59,389 bases of DNA from an uncultured Hyphomonas sp. (GTDB lineage: Bacteria; Pseudomonadota; Alphaproteobacteria; Caulobacterales; Hyphomonadaceae). The stretch is taken from positions 1 through 59,389 of the forward strand of contig CAZGVG010000002.1 of the NCBI GenBank assembly GCA_964528975.1, written 5' to 3'. Below the pieces are notes generated by a model. The model worked only from the letters and a program-made list of their open reading frames with translations, was not told the origin of the DNA and made no database searches. A program made the translations under genes and the position numbers. Below are positions 37,031 to 49,101 of the stretch, in pieces. The first letter of the stretch is position 1. Each line of letters opens with the position of its first letter.

Positions 37031-37450
37031 CTACAGGAAGACCCGAATAGCTTCCTTGCCCGCCATAACGAAGAGAACAATCGAGCTGAGACAGAAGACA
37101 AGGAAGCGCGGCACAACTTTTGGAACCAGCACCTGAACCAAGGAGTGAAAGACCCGCAGCCCGACATAAGCAAAGCCCAGATAAAGCATCAGATCGTCAG
37201 CGCCGCCAGTCAGGGCGGCAAACACCATCAAGGCATAGAAGATCGTCGGCTGCTCGTGCAGGTGATTATAATTGTCAGCTGCAGCACGTACATTTGCCGG
37301 TAATTTATCGGCGTATGTTCCAGGGTGGCGCGCAGTATCTGGGTCAATCTTGGCTTTCTGCATCGCCGGAATACGTGTGGCATACATCCAGAGCCACATA
37401 ATAAGCGTCCATATAATCAGCAGCAGGACAGGCAGTAGAAACGCTGCCAT
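37031..37450 (-). CDS. MAPEG family membrane protein
   Basis: WMYATRIPAM, ADNYNHLHEQPTIFY, YVGLRVFHS. Confidence 0.88.
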   Translation of the reverse strand: MAAFLLPVLLLIIWTLIMWLWMYATRIPAMQKAKIDPDTARHPGTYADKLPANVRAAADNYNHLHEQPTIFYALMVFAALTGGADDLMLYLGFAYVGLRVFHSLVQVLVPKVVPRFLVFCLSSIVLFVMAGKEAIRVFL

Positions 37451-37555
37451 ATCGCCTGTGAAGCGTTCTAAAAAGTCGGAATAGTTCATGCCCGATGGGC
37501 TGACTGTTCTCATCATGTTTCTTCCTCCCGTAGTAATTTGGGTGGAAGCTATGCG

Positions 37556-38827
37556 TCATCGCGAGGATTGCAAAGAGCTGTCCTGAGGTGAGCGATCTGA
37601 GAAATGCGCCGTCATGAAGGCGATAAAGGCATCAATATCCTCTGAAACGACGCTGTGGCCGCCAGTGCGCAGCCAATAGCTGATATTCGCCTCAGGAATG
37701 AAATCCCGCATGCCGTTGCCGGCAAGTCCCACGGCATCATTGGCCTCATAGACTAAGCTTGCAGCGGCTGCGAGCCGATAAGATGAGTTTGGATCAGACC
37801 ACACATCCCGGCGACCATTTCCCAAGAAAATTGGTTTTGGCGCGGCCAAAGCGAGAAGGAAGTGCTGGTCGAGCGTCAGGTCTTTGCCAGCTTTGAGGTC
37901 TGCTTCAAGCCCTGGGCGAAGCCAGTGTGGATAGCCATTGGCCATTCTTTGGAGGGTTTCACCTGTTGTCGACCGGGATGAGGACCCGCCTGCAAAACCA
38001 GATTGGTGTGCAATCGCAGCGTGAATGCGATCAGACCAGCCTGCCGCCACAAGCGCTGACTTGCCAAACCTTGAATGGCCAAGCGCTGCGATTGAACTCG
38101 CATCAATACGTGCATCTTGCCCCAGCGCTTGCGCTGCGGATTCGAAACCAAATGCCCAGGCGATCAGGGCGCCGGTAGGTTTGGTTTGAGCTGGAAGGGA
38201 GGCCATGACGCTTTGCGCTGCGCCATTTGAATCGGGAATAAATCCAGAGCCTTCAAAGCTGGCATAGCCTAGCCCTGCATCGAAAAACCGCTCGACAGGG
38301 GCGTACGCGATATAGGTGCCAAAAATATTTGTTGCGATGAACCCCACGGCGCCCGTCATATTCGAGCCATCACAGACCCCGCCGCGTCCATCCGAGACCG
38401 GGTGATCGGGAAACACAGAGCAATTATCCGAGAAGGTCTGGCTGATGATTAGCGGTACTGCCCGCGTTTGGGCGGCGTTCGGAAGCGCGAGAACGAGCGG
38501 AAAGGTCCGTGCGCCTTCCCCTTCACCGATTGTGACCATCACCTCTTCGAGAGTTCCACGTCCATCCAGGTAGTTGGGGTCTATCAGACGGGGGGCGCTG
38601 GCACTGACTGCAAGACCCGTTGGCCATGGACCGTAAAGCTCGTTTTCAAGAGTGGCACGCACTTCGACCGGGTCGAAACCTGCTGTCAGATCAGGCGTTG
38701 GGACAGGCTTATTATCTGTTTCAAGGCTTGAATAGTTGAGACCTAGCATCGTGCAATTTGCCAATCCCGCGATTAGGGGGACAAGAATCAAAAGCCGGAT
38801 GACCCATTTCAAAGATTGCCAGATCAT
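37556..38827 (-). CDS. Alpha/beta hydrolase, carbohydrate esterase family 15 (glucuronoyl esterase)-like
   Basis: GALIAWAFG, GHSRFGK nucleophile motif, HQSG.AG, DQHFLLALAAP, DVWSDP, GGH; N-terminal membrane anchor. Confidence 0.8.
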   Translation of the reverse strand: MIWQSLKWVIRLLILVPLIAGLANCTMLGLNYSSLETDNKPVPTPDLTAGFDPVEVRATLENELYGPWPTGLAVSASAPRLIDPNYLDGRGTLEEVMVTIGEGEGARTFPLVLALPNAAQTRAVPLIISQTFSDNCSVFPDHPVSDGRGGVCDGSNMTGAVGFIATNIFGTYIAYAPVERFFDAGLGYASFEGSGFIPDSNGAAQSVMASLPAQTKPTGALIAWAFGFESAAQALGQDARIDASSIAALGHSRFGKSALVAAGWSDRIHAAIAHQSGFAGGSSSRSTTGETLQRMANGYPHWLRPGLEADLKAGKDLTLDQHFLLALAAPKPIFLGNGRRDVWSDPNSSYRLAAAASLVYEANDAVGLAGNGMRDFIPEANISYWLRTGGHSVVSEDIDAFIAFMTAHFSDRSPQDSSLQSSR

Positions 38828-38937
38828 CGCCGGTCTCCATTGTATCCGACATTCTGACTTACCGAGGCCGATCACGAAGGCAAGCCGCAGTTTCGAATTT
38901 TGCTTCACGAAACCGGGAGCGGGGCTATAGTGCCGCC

Positions 38938-39558
38938 ATGGGCATGATATTTCGTATTCTCATAAGCGTAGTCTTGGGACTTGTTATCGGCGGCGGTTCC
39001 GCCCTCTGGATGGGCGGCATGCTGCCGGGCGGACCCCAGATTGGGAATGCTATCGAAGTTGAAGAATGGCGAAGTGATTGGTCAATCGGGTCAGAGAATG
39101 CGAGCCCCTATGTCCGCGCACGCGTGGCTCGAAATGGCTTGATGGGCCTGCGTAAAGAAGAAGCGGTCTATTTCATGAGGACAGTAGATGATGCAGGCGA
39201 GCCTCTGCGTGAAGCCTGCATCTATCGCATTAGCGGCGCGGGGCTTCCGGCTGATTGGTGGTCAATCACGCTTTATGATCCGGCAAACAAGCTGCCGATG
39301 AATACAGATGAGCGTCTGTCCTTCGACCAGACCCAGGCTGAAGCTGTGTTCGAGGATGCAAGTGCTGCCTGGGAGGTTCAGGTGTCTGCGAATGAACCAG
39401 AAGAGCTTTTAATGCCATGGATTTCGAGCCAGGCCGGGGGCGCGTTTGATCTGACCTTGCGCCTTTATCGCCCAAGTGCAGCATTGCTTGCTGATCCCGC
39501 CTCAGCGCTTGAACCTCCTCAGGTTAAGCGTTTGAGCTGCGACGAGGAGGCGAATTAA
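38938..39558 (+). CDS. DUF1214 domain protein
   Basis: ARVARNGLMGL..EEAVYF, DDAGEPL...C.YRI, WWSITLYD, FDLTLRLYRP. Confidence 0.85.
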   Translation: MGMIFRILISVVLGLVIGGGSALWMGGMLPGGPQIGNAIEVEEWRSDWSIGSENASPYVRARVARNGLMGLRKEEAVYFMRTVDDAGEPLREACIYRISGAGLPADWWSITLYDPANKLPMNTDERLSFDQTQAEAVFEDASAAWEVQVSANEPEELLMPWISSQAGGAFDLTLRLYRPSAALLADPASALEPPQVKRLSCDEEAN

Positions 39559-40076
39559 TGCGCTGGTTTATCAGTCTCCTTGTGTTAGCCGCCAGCGCTC
39601 TAGCGGCGCATTTCGTCATGCTTAGCAGCATTCCTGGCTTCATTATGAAGAAAGCAAATGCTGTCTTTGAGAGCCAAGGCTTACCGATGCATCAATGGGC
39701 TATATCACCCCGCCAGACGCCTCAAACGCAGCGCATTGTTCGGCCATCGCCGGATTTGGCTTACGCGCTTTGCCGGTTTGATGTGAGCGAGGGTCCAGTT
39801 CTGATCAGCGCGCCTGGTTGGGACGGCTATGGCTCGCTCTCAATCTTTGATGATCAGACCAATAATGTCTTTGTCGCAAGCTTGGATGGTCAAGCAACGA
39901 CGGTTCTACTGGGCCAATCTATTCCAGCGGACCTGACACAGACATATGAAGAAGCTCAACCGGTGGACTTTTCCGGCACAGGGATCGCATTAATTCGGCG
40001 TTTAGCAGCCGATGAGGCCACGTATCAGGCTGCTGCCGGGCTGGTATCAAGGGCCGTTTGCGAGCCGATCACGTAA
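39558..40076 (+). CDS. DUF1254 domain protein
   Basis: VRPSPDLAYALCRFDVSEGPV, SLSIFD...NN; coupled to the DUF1214 gene (TAATG). Confidence 0.8.
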   Translation: MRWFISLLVLAASALAAHFVMLSSIPGFIMKKANAVFESQGLPMHQWAISPRQTPQTQRIVRPSPDLAYALCRFDVSEGPVLISAPGWDGYGSLSIFDDQTNNVFVASLDGQATTVLLGQSIPADLTQTYEEAQPVDFSGTGIALIRRLAADEATYQAAAGLVSRAVCEPIT

Positions 40077-40082
40077 CGCAAA

Positions 40083-41225
40083 TTATTCCGCCGGGATCAC
40101 TTCGCTTGCTTCTGCTTCGCGCTGCACCCGAAGGCGCTCTGCCTTTTCCTCAACCTGCGCGACGATATGGTCGACCATATCTGCGTTTGAAAGCTTATGG
40201 TCTGGGCGGCCCGAAACATACATCATGCCGCTTTCCTTGCCGCCGCCGGTAAAGCCAAGATCGGTCATCGCTGCCTCACCCGGACCATTAACGACACAGC
40301 CAATGATTGAGAGTGTGATGGGCTCGGCAATATGCGCGAGACGCTCTTCAAGTGTTTGAACTGTGGTGATGACGTCAAAGCCCTGCCGCGAGCAGCTTGG
40401 GCAAGAGATAATGTTCACCCCCCGCGTCCGCAGGCCGAGGCTTTTCAGCATATCAAAGCCGACTTTGACCTCTTCAACCGGGTCAGCCGAAAGCGAGACC
40501 CGGATCGTATCGCCAATCCCCATCCATAACAGGTTCCCCATGCCGATAGAGGATTTGACGGTTCCGGTCCGCTGGGCACCTGCCTCAGTAATCCCAAGAT
40601 GCAGCGGTGCATCTGTCGCGTCTGCGAGTTGTTGATAGGCGGCCACCGCGAGGAACATATCAGAGGCTTTGACGCTGATCTTATAGTCGTGGAAGCCAAG
40701 ATCATCGAGGATACGCGCATGATCCAGCGCGCTCTCCACCATCGCATCCGGGCAGGGCTCGCCATACTTCTCGAGCAGATGCTTTTCCAAACTACCACCA
40801 TTCACCCCGATACGGATGGAGCAACCATTATTGCGCGCCGCGCTAACAACTTCCTTTACGCGCTCTGGTGATCCGATATTGCCAGGGTTAATCCGCAAAC
40901 AGGCTGCGCCATTCTCGGCTGCCTCGATACCGCGTTTATAGTGAAAATGAATATCTGCGACGATTGGCACGGGTGAGCCCTGCGTAATCGCTTTCATTGC
41001 AGCGGTAGAGGCCTCATCCGGACACGACACCCGGACAATGTCTGCACCTGCATCTGCTGCGGCTCTGATTTGGCCGAGAGTCGCCTCAACATCGGGCGTT
41101 GGTGTATTCGTCATGGTTTGGACGCTGATTGGGGCATCGCCGCCTATCGCAATATCCCCCACCATGATCTGACGCGATCTACGGCGTTGGATATTTCGCC
41201 AGGGTCTAATCGGGTTATGCGTCAT
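40083..41225 (-). CDS. ispG: (E)-4-hydroxy-3-methylbut-2-enyl-diphosphate synthase
   Basis: [46 protein letters not shown]. Confidence 0.97.
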   Translation of the reverse strand: MTHNPIRPWRNIQRRRSRQIMVGDIAIGGDAPISVQTMTNTPTPDVEATLGQIRAAADAGADIVRVSCPDEASTAAMKAITQGSPVPIVADIHFHYKRGIEAAENGAACLRINPGNIGSPERVKEVVSAARNNGCSIRIGVNGGSLEKHLLEKYGEPCPDAMVESALDHARILDDLGFHDYKISVKASDMFLAVAAYQQLADATDAPLHLGITEAGAQRTGTVKSSIGMGNLLWMGIGDTIRVSLSADPVEEVKVGFDMLKSLGLRTRGVNIISCPSCSRQGFDVITTVQTLEERLAHIAEPITLSIIGCVVNGPGEAAMTDLGFTGGGKESGMMYVSGRPDHKLSNADMVDHIVAQVEEKAERLRVQREAEASEVIPAE

Positions 41226-41399
41226 AGCAAATAGGTCCTCGCCAAAGGCTAGACTTGCATGTGGCCCTAGAATGCGGCGCGGTAAAGACCCTGAAGTGAC
41301 GCAGGAATGGATCAAATTTCACAGGTTCCATGAACCGTCTTTCAAAACTGTTCTGATAGTGAACCTTCAAGTCAGGGACCTTTGAGGCCGGAGTGGGTT

Positions 41400-41984
41400 A
41401 TGTTTTCTATACCAAAATTGGGTGTTATGGCACCGCGCCTTCAAGCCCGAATGGAACAGTTCACAGCCGACAAACGCGGGATTGCTGCGGTTGAGTTCGC
41501 TTTGATTGCCGCGCCTTTCTTCTTTCTCATCTTTGGATTGCTCGAAATCAGTGTGCTCTTCATTATGTCCTCTGTGCTGGAGCATGGGGTGAACGAAGCG
41601 GCGCGGTCTATTCGGACAGGTCAATTACAACAGAACGGATTCGGGCAAATTGCTTTCAAGCAAGCCGTTTGCGCCGAACTTTTCGATCTTCTGTCCTGCG
41701 ACAGCAAATTGCGTTTCGATGTTAAGACCTTCTCCTCATTTGGAGGCACAAGTGCGCCCGACGTAATCGATACGAGTGGTAACTTAAACGATTCCGGTTT
41801 TGGCTTTGCTCCCGGCGCATCAAATGAAATCGTTGTTGTCCGCGCTTTTTACGAGTGGGATCTCATCACACCTGTACTGAGTGCACCATTGGCAAACATG
41901 AGTGGCAGCCGACGCTTGCTGCAAGCGACTGTGGCTTTCAGGAATGAACCGTTTGGCAACAGTACCGTAGCACCGACACCATAG
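41400..41984 (+). CDS. TadE/TadG family pseudopilin
   Basis: DKRGIAAVEFALIAAPFF prepilin motif; AARSIRTGQ; FRNEPF. Confidence 0.9.
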   Translation: MFSIPKLGVMAPRLQARMEQFTADKRGIAAVEFALIAAPFFFLIFGLLEISVLFIMSSVLEHGVNEAARSIRTGQLQQNGFGQIAFKQAVCAELFDLLSCDSKLRFDVKTFSSFGGTSAPDVIDTSGNLNDSGFGFAPGASNEIVVVRAFYEWDLITPVLSAPLANMSGSRRLLQATVAFRNEPFGNSTVAPTP

Positions 41985-41996
41985 GATCGCGCAGAT

Positions 41997-42581
41997 ATGA
42001 AACGCTATAATCTGAAGAATATTCGCGGGTTCCTGCGCGCTAAAGACGGGATATCTGCGGTTGAGTTTGCTTTGATCGCACCTTTGATGATGATCATCTA
42101 CTTTGGGTGTATCGAGCTGTCTTTCATGATGGTTCTGGATCGTAAGGTGACGACGTCCACTGCGACCCTTGGGGATCTGACAGCGCGCGCCGCAACCGTA
42201 ACCGATAGTGATTTGGATGATATCTTCGAAGCCACCCGGATGATCTTTCAGCCGAATGACATCAAGGTTGCCCGTATGCGCATTACAAGTGTCTATGAAA
42301 CCGGCGGTCAGACCAAAGTTGGCTGGAGTGATGCTTGTAATCTGACAGCCTATACCAAGGATCAGAACATCACGATCCCGGCCAATCTGGTTCCATCAGG
42401 CGGGACTGTAATCATGGCAGAGATTGAGTACGATTATAACTCTGTCCTTGGATACTTTTTTACAACGACCAAGACGCTTTCAGATAAATTCTACCTGCGC
42501 CCGCGCCGCGTCGACACGATTACCCGTGACCGCAGCAGTGGAACCTATAGTTGCGCAGTCGTTCAGCCAACGCCTCCTTAA
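41997..42581 (+). CDS. TadE/TadG family pseudopilin
   Basis: KDGISAVEFALIAP, DRKV...T..DL, YLRPR. Confidence 0.9.
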   Translation: MKRYNLKNIRGFLRAKDGISAVEFALIAPLMMIIYFGCIELSFMMVLDRKVTTSTATLGDLTARAATVTDSDLDDIFEATRMIFQPNDIKVARMRITSVYETGGQTKVGWSDACNLTAYTKDQNITIPANLVPSGGTVIMAEIEYDYNSVLGYFFTTTKTLSDKFYLRPRRVDTITRDRSSGTYSCAVVQPTPP

Positions 42582-44086
42582 GCCGTCGGATTGACCTTTT
42601 GGTATTCAGGGGTCTTGTCTGATTTGACGGTCGAGATGATGAACAGCCCTGTGATAAGCAGGAACATCACTGAACCAAAGCCTAAGCGCTGATTATTGGT
42701 TATGAATGTTATGAGGGCGACCAGGCCTGGTCCGATCCACACAGTTACACTACCTGCCATGGCATAGAAACCGAAGAACTCACCAATTTTTTCGGGCGGC
42801 GCGATGTGGACCAGCATGTATCGACTGGAGGATATACTCGCGACAAGAAAAATCGCCGAAGGGATTAAGATCGCTATGTAAGTCAGGTCTGAAGCGAGCG
42901 GATAGAGTCCTCCCTCCCAGACAGTATACCCAGCTGGGATTAATCCGTAAAAGATCGCATCCGGCGTTATTGAGAGTTGTAAAATACCAAGGACAATCAC
43001 AACCGATAGCTCTATCATGAGCGCTCGCTTTGGGCCGAACATCCTATCCAGAAAGCCTCCAACAAAGCCGCCTGCGACCGCAAAGATGGATCCCAAAACG
43101 CCAAGGATTGTGAGCTGTGTTACTGACCAACCAAGGACCCCAGTAACATAAACCCCGCCAATCGTCAGAAGCGCGGCAACGCCATCCGCATAAATCATTC
43201 TACCGGCCAAATATCGCATCACATTTGGATGCTCTTTGAACTTGGATCTGACCCACGTGAACGGATGAGTCCTGTTGCTGGGGGACGTCGCATTCTTTAG
43301 AGCATTGGTCCAGGTTGCGCCGGATTTATAGACATCTGGCATCAGCCAAAAGAAAAATCCGATAAAGACGACCAACCAGAGTGCAACGGCTGGCGCGGCC
43401 AGTCGGGAAATTCGGCTTCCAGCTTCCTCAACCAGGCGGCTAGTCTCAACATAGTCATCGAAATAAATCAGACTGCCTTCTGCCAATGAGGCTTCCAGCA
43501 CAACCAGTCGCGGTCCGATTTCAGATGTCGCGCTTTGACCTGCTGCGAAGATTAAGAGCAGCATGATGACGCCGGCAGCATTGCCAAGCGATAGTCCAAG
43601 CCCTGAAATTCCTGGCAAACTCTTCCCTGCGCCTGCACCGGGTAGCATAGCGTTATGAAGCAGCTCTGATACAGTATAGGCACAATACCCTATAACCATA
43701 AGGACTATCCCCACCATAATAGCGAAAGGAAGATCCGGGGTGATAAAGCCCATAAGCAGGCTGCACAGTCCAAGTGTTCCCAAGGCCATAAAGACCGCAG
43801 GTTTCTTGGCGCCTGCCTGATCAACAATTGCGCCAAGTATGGGCGCGACAATTGCCATGATCACGCCTGCAATCGCGATTGTAAGTCCTACAAGGGTTTG
43901 GCCAAGGGATCCGTCATTAACGATACTGGCGGCAAAATAGGGGGCAAAGACATAGATAACAACGACATTGTAATAGGGGTTTCGCGCCCATTCGAAGACC
44001 GCCCAGCCGATACCTTTTTTTCCGAACATGCCGCCTGTGACAGGCGTGTCTTCAGGATCTGTTTCAGCGACGGGTGCGTGGCTCAT
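42578..44086 (-). CDS. MFS transporter, UMF1/Atg22-like
   Basis: GWAVFEWARNPY, APILGAIVD, YLAGRMIYADG, GEFFGFYA; ~12 TM; the ORF-track N-terminal extension is spurious. Confidence 0.88.
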   Translation of the reverse strand: MSHAPVAETDPEDTPVTGGMFGKKGIGWAVFEWARNPYYNVVVIYVFAPYFAASIVNDGSLGQTLVGLTIAIAGVIMAIVAPILGAIVDQAGAKKPAVFMALGTLGLCSLLMGFITPDLPFAIMVGIVLMVIGYCAYTVSELLHNAMLPGAGAGKSLPGISGLGLSLGNAAGVIMLLLIFAAGQSATSEIGPRLVVLEASLAEGSLIYFDDYVETSRLVEEAGSRISRLAAPAVALWLVVFIGFFFWLMPDVYKSGATWTNALKNATSPSNRTHPFTWVRSKFKEHPNVMRYLAGRMIYADGVAALLTIGGVYVTGVLGWSVTQLTILGVLGSIFAVAGGFVGGFLDRMFGPKRALMIELSVVIVLGILQLSITPDAIFYGLIPAGYTVWEGGLYPLASDLTYIAILIPSAIFLVASISSSRYMLVHIAPPEKIGEFFGFYAMAGSVTVWIGPGLVALITFITNNQRLGFGSVMFLLITGLFIISTVKSDKTPEYQKVNPTA

Positions 44087-44245
44087 TCGTGTTCTCCCAG
44101 CGGCGCTCTGTTGGCGCATTTGGCAACCCTGAAACAATCTGACAGCCTTGGGAAGGGTCTTGCGACGCTGCAACTGCGACACATGTCGCGCTTGACCGGA
44201 GCGTATACGCGGATAAAGAAGCACGGGTAAGTTTTGGAGGCCCAA

Positions 44246-44548
44246 ATGGCATCGAGCGATTATGTGCATGGTGAAATGAATACAGACGCCCAATCCGGCA
44301 TGTACGAGGGCTTCATGAAGGCGGGTGCCTGGGGGGCTTTGATCACCCTGCTTGGTGTTGGATACGCAACCTTTATCCTGTCTATGGGCATGCCTTGGCT
44401 TGTGGCGCTTGTGGTCTGCGCAGGTGCTGGTATTGTGATCGGACTGTTTATGGGGTTCGGCGGAGCTTGGGTCGCAACAATTGTTGGCCTGTCCGGACTG
44501 GCAATGTTCATTCAGCTCCTCGTAACCTTGTTCAGGCTTGCGCTTTAA
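44246..44548 (+). CDS. aa3-type cytochrome c oxidase subunit IV-like protein with extra TM helices
   Basis: YVHGEMNTDAQSGMYEGFMK resembles the subunit IV N-terminus. Confidence 0.75.
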   Translation: MASSDYVHGEMNTDAQSGMYEGFMKAGAWGALITLLGVGYATFILSMGMPWLVALVVCAGAGIVIGLFMGFGGAWVATIVGLSGLAMFIQLLVTLFRLAL

Positions 44549-44573
44549 GAATCCAGACCAGTTAGGGTGTTTC

Positions 44574-44600
44574 AAAGCGGCTGCTTATGGCCGCTTTTTT
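44574..44600 (+). terminator. Rho-independent terminator
   Basis: AAAGCGGC-N8-GCCGCTTT followed by a T tract. Confidence 0.75.
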
Positions 44601-44646
44601 CATGCTTAAGCTGGCGCGAATCAGCTGCCGCTCTTAAGTCTTGTAG

Positions 44647-46536
44647 ATGCCCAAGACAGCTTCACCCTCGACACGGCCTATCATTCGCCAGCTTCCGCCG
44701 GATGCGGTGAACCGTATCGCGGCTGGGGAAGTGATTGAGCGCCCGGCAGCGGCCGTCAAAGAGCTCGTTGAAAATGCCCTGGATGCAGGCGCGCAGTCAG
44801 TAGCTGTTACGATCGAAGCGGGCGGTCTGAAACGTATCATTATCGAGGATGATGGTTGCGGCATGACCAGCGATGATATGCTGCTTGCTTTGGAACGCCA
44901 TGCGACCTCCAAATTGCAGCCGGGCGAAGATGGTCGGATTGATCTTTTAAACATCCACACAATGGGGTTTCGCGGCGAGGCGTTACCCTCGATTGCGAGC
45001 GTTAGTCGGATGACACTCACCTCGCGCGCAGCTGGCGAAGAGGCAGTTGAGCTATTCGTCGAGGCCGGGCGCATCGAAGGGCCAAAACCCGCGGCTTTTA
45101 CCGGACAGGCTTTGTCCGGCACCCGCATTGAGGTGCGCGACCTGTTTCATGCCACCCCAGCGCGTTTGAAATTCATGAAGTCCGAGCGCTCTGAGACGAT
45201 GGCTGTGACCGATGCGCTCAAACGGTTGGCTATGGCGCGTGCCGATGTAGCCTTCAGCCTTGAAAGCAATGGCCGCAGCACGTTTCGGTATGCCGCCCAT
45301 CCAGACACGGCGACAGGCAGGCTGGAGCGGCTTGGCGCGATAATGGGCCGTGATTTTCGTGAGAACGCCCTTGAAATTGAGGCTGAGCGCGAAGGCGTCC
45401 GCTTGTCGGGGTTTGCTGGCTTGCCGACGCTCAATCGGGGCAATGCGCAGCAGCAATACCTGTTCGTCAATGGACGTCCGGTGAAAGACCGAATGCTGAA
45501 TGGTGTTATCCGCGCTGCGTATCAGGATTTTCTCGCGCGCGACCGACATCCCATGGCGGCTCTGTTTCTGGATCTTGATCCGGAATATGTTGACGTCAAC
45601 GTACATCCCGCCAAGACTGAAGTGCGCTTTCGCGATGCGCAGAACGTGCGCGGTCTGATCATTGGATCGCTTCGGCATGCACTCGCAGCGGCAGGGCACC
45701 GGGCAAGTACGACGGTTGCGGGCTACGCGCTTGGCAAGGTTCAGACAGAGCCGCAGCAGGCCGATGTGTTTCGGCCATCCAGTTTTTGGGCGGAGCCTCG
45801 TGATAGTGCTCGCCTCCCAAGTCCTGCTGCAGGATCGCCTCTGCCGCAGCCGGGGCTGGGGCATGGTTATACGACGCTTCATGAACCTGCGGCGCACGCC
45901 TATGATGCAGCCCCAACGGCGCGGGTTGAACCTGACAGTGCAGTACCTGTTGCTGATTTCCCGCTTGGCGTAGCACGCGCACAGCTGCACGAGACCTATG
46001 TGGTGGCGCAAACTGAGGATGGGATTGTGATCGTAGACCAACACGCTGCGCATGAGCGGCTCGTCTATGAGGACATGAAACGCCAGATGGCAGCAGGTGG
46101 AGTGAAGCGGCAAGCTTTGCTGATCCCGGATATTGTTGAACTGGCTGAGGGTGAAGCCGCGCGCGTTTTGGAGCGCCGGGAAGAGCTGGCTGATCTTGGA
46201 TTAGAGCTGGAATCCTTTGGGGCTGGCGCTGTCTGTGTGCGGGCCACGCCGGCCCTTTTCGGTGAAATGGATGCACGGGGCCTGGTGCAGGACTTGGCCG
46301 ATGATTTTGCAGAATATGAGGCTGGCCTTGCCCTGAAAGAGCGTTTCGAAGAGGTCATGGGCAATATGGCTTGCCGGGGGTCAGTGCGCGCCGGACGAAG
46401 GCTCAATGGCGAAGAAATGAACGCCCTGCTCAGGCAGATGGAGGCGACGCCTCATTCTGGGCAATGCAATCATGGCCGACCGACTTATGTGGAGCTGAAA
46501 CTGGCTGATATCGAGCGTCTTTTTGGGCGGCGTTAG
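44647..46536 (+). CDS. mutL: DNA mismatch repair protein MutL
   Basis: [38 protein letters not shown], endonuclease [17 protein letters not shown]. Confidence 0.98.
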   Translation: MPKTASPSTRPIIRQLPPDAVNRIAAGEVIERPAAAVKELVENALDAGAQSVAVTIEAGGLKRIIIEDDGCGMTSDDMLLALERHATSKLQPGEDGRIDLLNIHTMGFRGEALPSIASVSRMTLTSRAAGEEAVELFVEAGRIEGPKPAAFTGQALSGTRIEVRDLFHATPARLKFMKSERSETMAVTDALKRLAMARADVAFSLESNGRSTFRYAAHPDTATGRLERLGAIMGRDFRENALEIEAEREGVRLSGFAGLPTLNRGNAQQQYLFVNGRPVKDRMLNGVIRAAYQDFLARDRHPMAALFLDLDPEYVDVNVHPAKTEVRFRDAQNVRGLIIGSLRHALAAAGHRASTTVAGYALGKVQTEPQQADVFRPSSFWAEPRDSARLPSPAAGSPLPQPGLGHGYTTLHEPAAHAYDAAPTARVEPDSAVPVADFPLGVARAQLHETYVVAQTEDGIVIVDQHAAHERLVYEDMKRQMAAGGVKRQALLIPDIVELAEGEAARVLERREELADLGLELESFGAGAVCVRATPALFGEMDARGLVQDLADDFAEYEAGLALKERFEEVMGNMACRGSVRAGRRLNGEEMNALLRQMEATPHSGQCNHGRPTYVELKLADIERLFGRR

Positions 46537-46601
46537 TCCGGGACAAGCGCTCGAAAACCTCCAGTAACAAAATATTCAACTTAAAGTAGTTTAATCTTCA
46601 T

Positions 46602-47729
46602 ATGAAGAACTTACCCATAAAGTTCAGTATGAAGGTCCGATGCAATTGGTTCCAATCTTTGACCATTGCCATTCTTTTAGCGCTCGCTGTTTATGTTGAA
46701 TGGCTCATTTTTATCAGGCAAATCTCGCAAGGCTCCGGTTTACTTGTTCTCGCTTCGCTCAGCCTGGCAGGTATGACGTCCGCCTTATGGATATATGATA
46801 GTGAGAAAAGGCGTCAGACGGCTAAAGATGAGCACGTTGAAGCGGTCTCTCGCATTGCTGATTTTGCGACGGATATGTATTGGGAGACTGATGTGCAGGG
46901 TGTGGTCACCGAAGCGGGTGGTCGTCTTATGGGTGAATTGGTCGATGACGCGAGTAACCTGATTGGTCAGCATTATCTTAGCCTCATTAAGCTTGATCAA
47001 GTCGAAATGCGGCGAATGCATCATGCCCTCAAGCTCCATGAACCCTATTCCGACATACAGTCTGTTTTCCGCAACAAGCAGGACCAAAAATTCTATATTT
47101 CGCTGAGTGCGACGCCGCGCTTTGATGGTGACGGACAGATTATGGGTTATTTTGGTATTGGAACCAATGTCACAGATCGCGTTTTGAGTGCGCGCAAGCT
47201 CAAGCATATGGCAGAGCATGATATGCTGACAGGATTGGCCAACCGCTACCGATTCTCAGATCAGATCAAAACAGACCTGCGCGCCAGCAAGGACAATAAG
47301 TGTCTCTGTCTACTTGCAATTGATCTTGATGGCTTCAAAGCCATTAATGACGAATTGGGCCATCAGGCCGGGGATGCCTTGCTGAACCTGGTTGGCAAGC
47401 GTCTGCGCAGTCATATTCGCGATCAGGACTGGGCGGCGCGGATGGGCGGGGATGAGTTTGTAGTGGTCTCACGCGGGGTAGCGAACCCGATGGAAGCATG
47501 CCTATTGGCGGCCCGGCTCACGGCCAAACTCGCACTCCCGTACCGTATTGGAAGTCTGGAGGTGCAATCCACTGCTTCAATCGGTATTGCCTGTTCGCCT
47601 ATGCATGCAGGTGATGCGGATACGTTGATGAAATGCGCAGACCTTGCGCTTTACCAAGCCAAGGCAGATGGCCGGAATTGCTATAGGCTGTATGAGACGA
47701 TGATGGCACAGGTGCCAGTGGATTTTTAA
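46602..47729 (+). CDS. Membrane-anchored PAS-GGDEF diguanylate cyclase
   Basis: 2 TM; PAS (YWETD...GIGTNVT); HDMLTGLANR, IDLDGFKAIND, RDQD I-site, intact GGDEF. Confidence 0.92.
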   Translation: MKNLPIKFSMKVRCNWFQSLTIAILLALAVYVEWLIFIRQISQGSGLLVLASLSLAGMTSALWIYDSEKRRQTAKDEHVEAVSRIADFATDMYWETDVQGVVTEAGGRLMGELVDDASNLIGQHYLSLIKLDQVEMRRMHHALKLHEPYSDIQSVFRNKQDQKFYISLSATPRFDGDGQIMGYFGIGTNVTDRVLSARKLKHMAEHDMLTGLANRYRFSDQIKTDLRASKDNKCLCLLAIDLDGFKAINDELGHQAGDALLNLVGKRLRSHIRDQDWAARMGGDEFVVVSRGVANPMEACLLAARLTAKLALPYRIGSLEVQSTASIGIACSPMHAGDADTLMKCADLALYQAKADGRNCYRLYETMMAQVPVDF

Positions 47730-47733
47730 GCAG

Positions 47734-48981
<1,248 letters not shown>

Positions 48982-49101
48982 TCAATTCAGCGATAGGCAA
49001 GCGCGTTAAAGGCTTAGATTGCGTCAAATTTGATCGATTATTTTAGCGTTAAAGTGACCAGATCATGAGACATTCCCGCTACATATCATGTGGGGACGAC
49101 C

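Noticed and set aside
44087-44575. 665-aa version of the MFS ORF
   Set aside because: The first 163 codons are the antisense shadow of the subunit IV-like gene; the MFS start with RBS is at 44086.
45052-46113. 353-aa minus-strand ORF
   Set aside because: Antisense to mutL; typical stop-poor shadow frame.
46561-46601. CtrA box before the diguanylate cyclase
   Set aside because: TTAA half-sites are 6 bp apart rather than 7; the alternative match is only 6/8 in AT-rich DNA.
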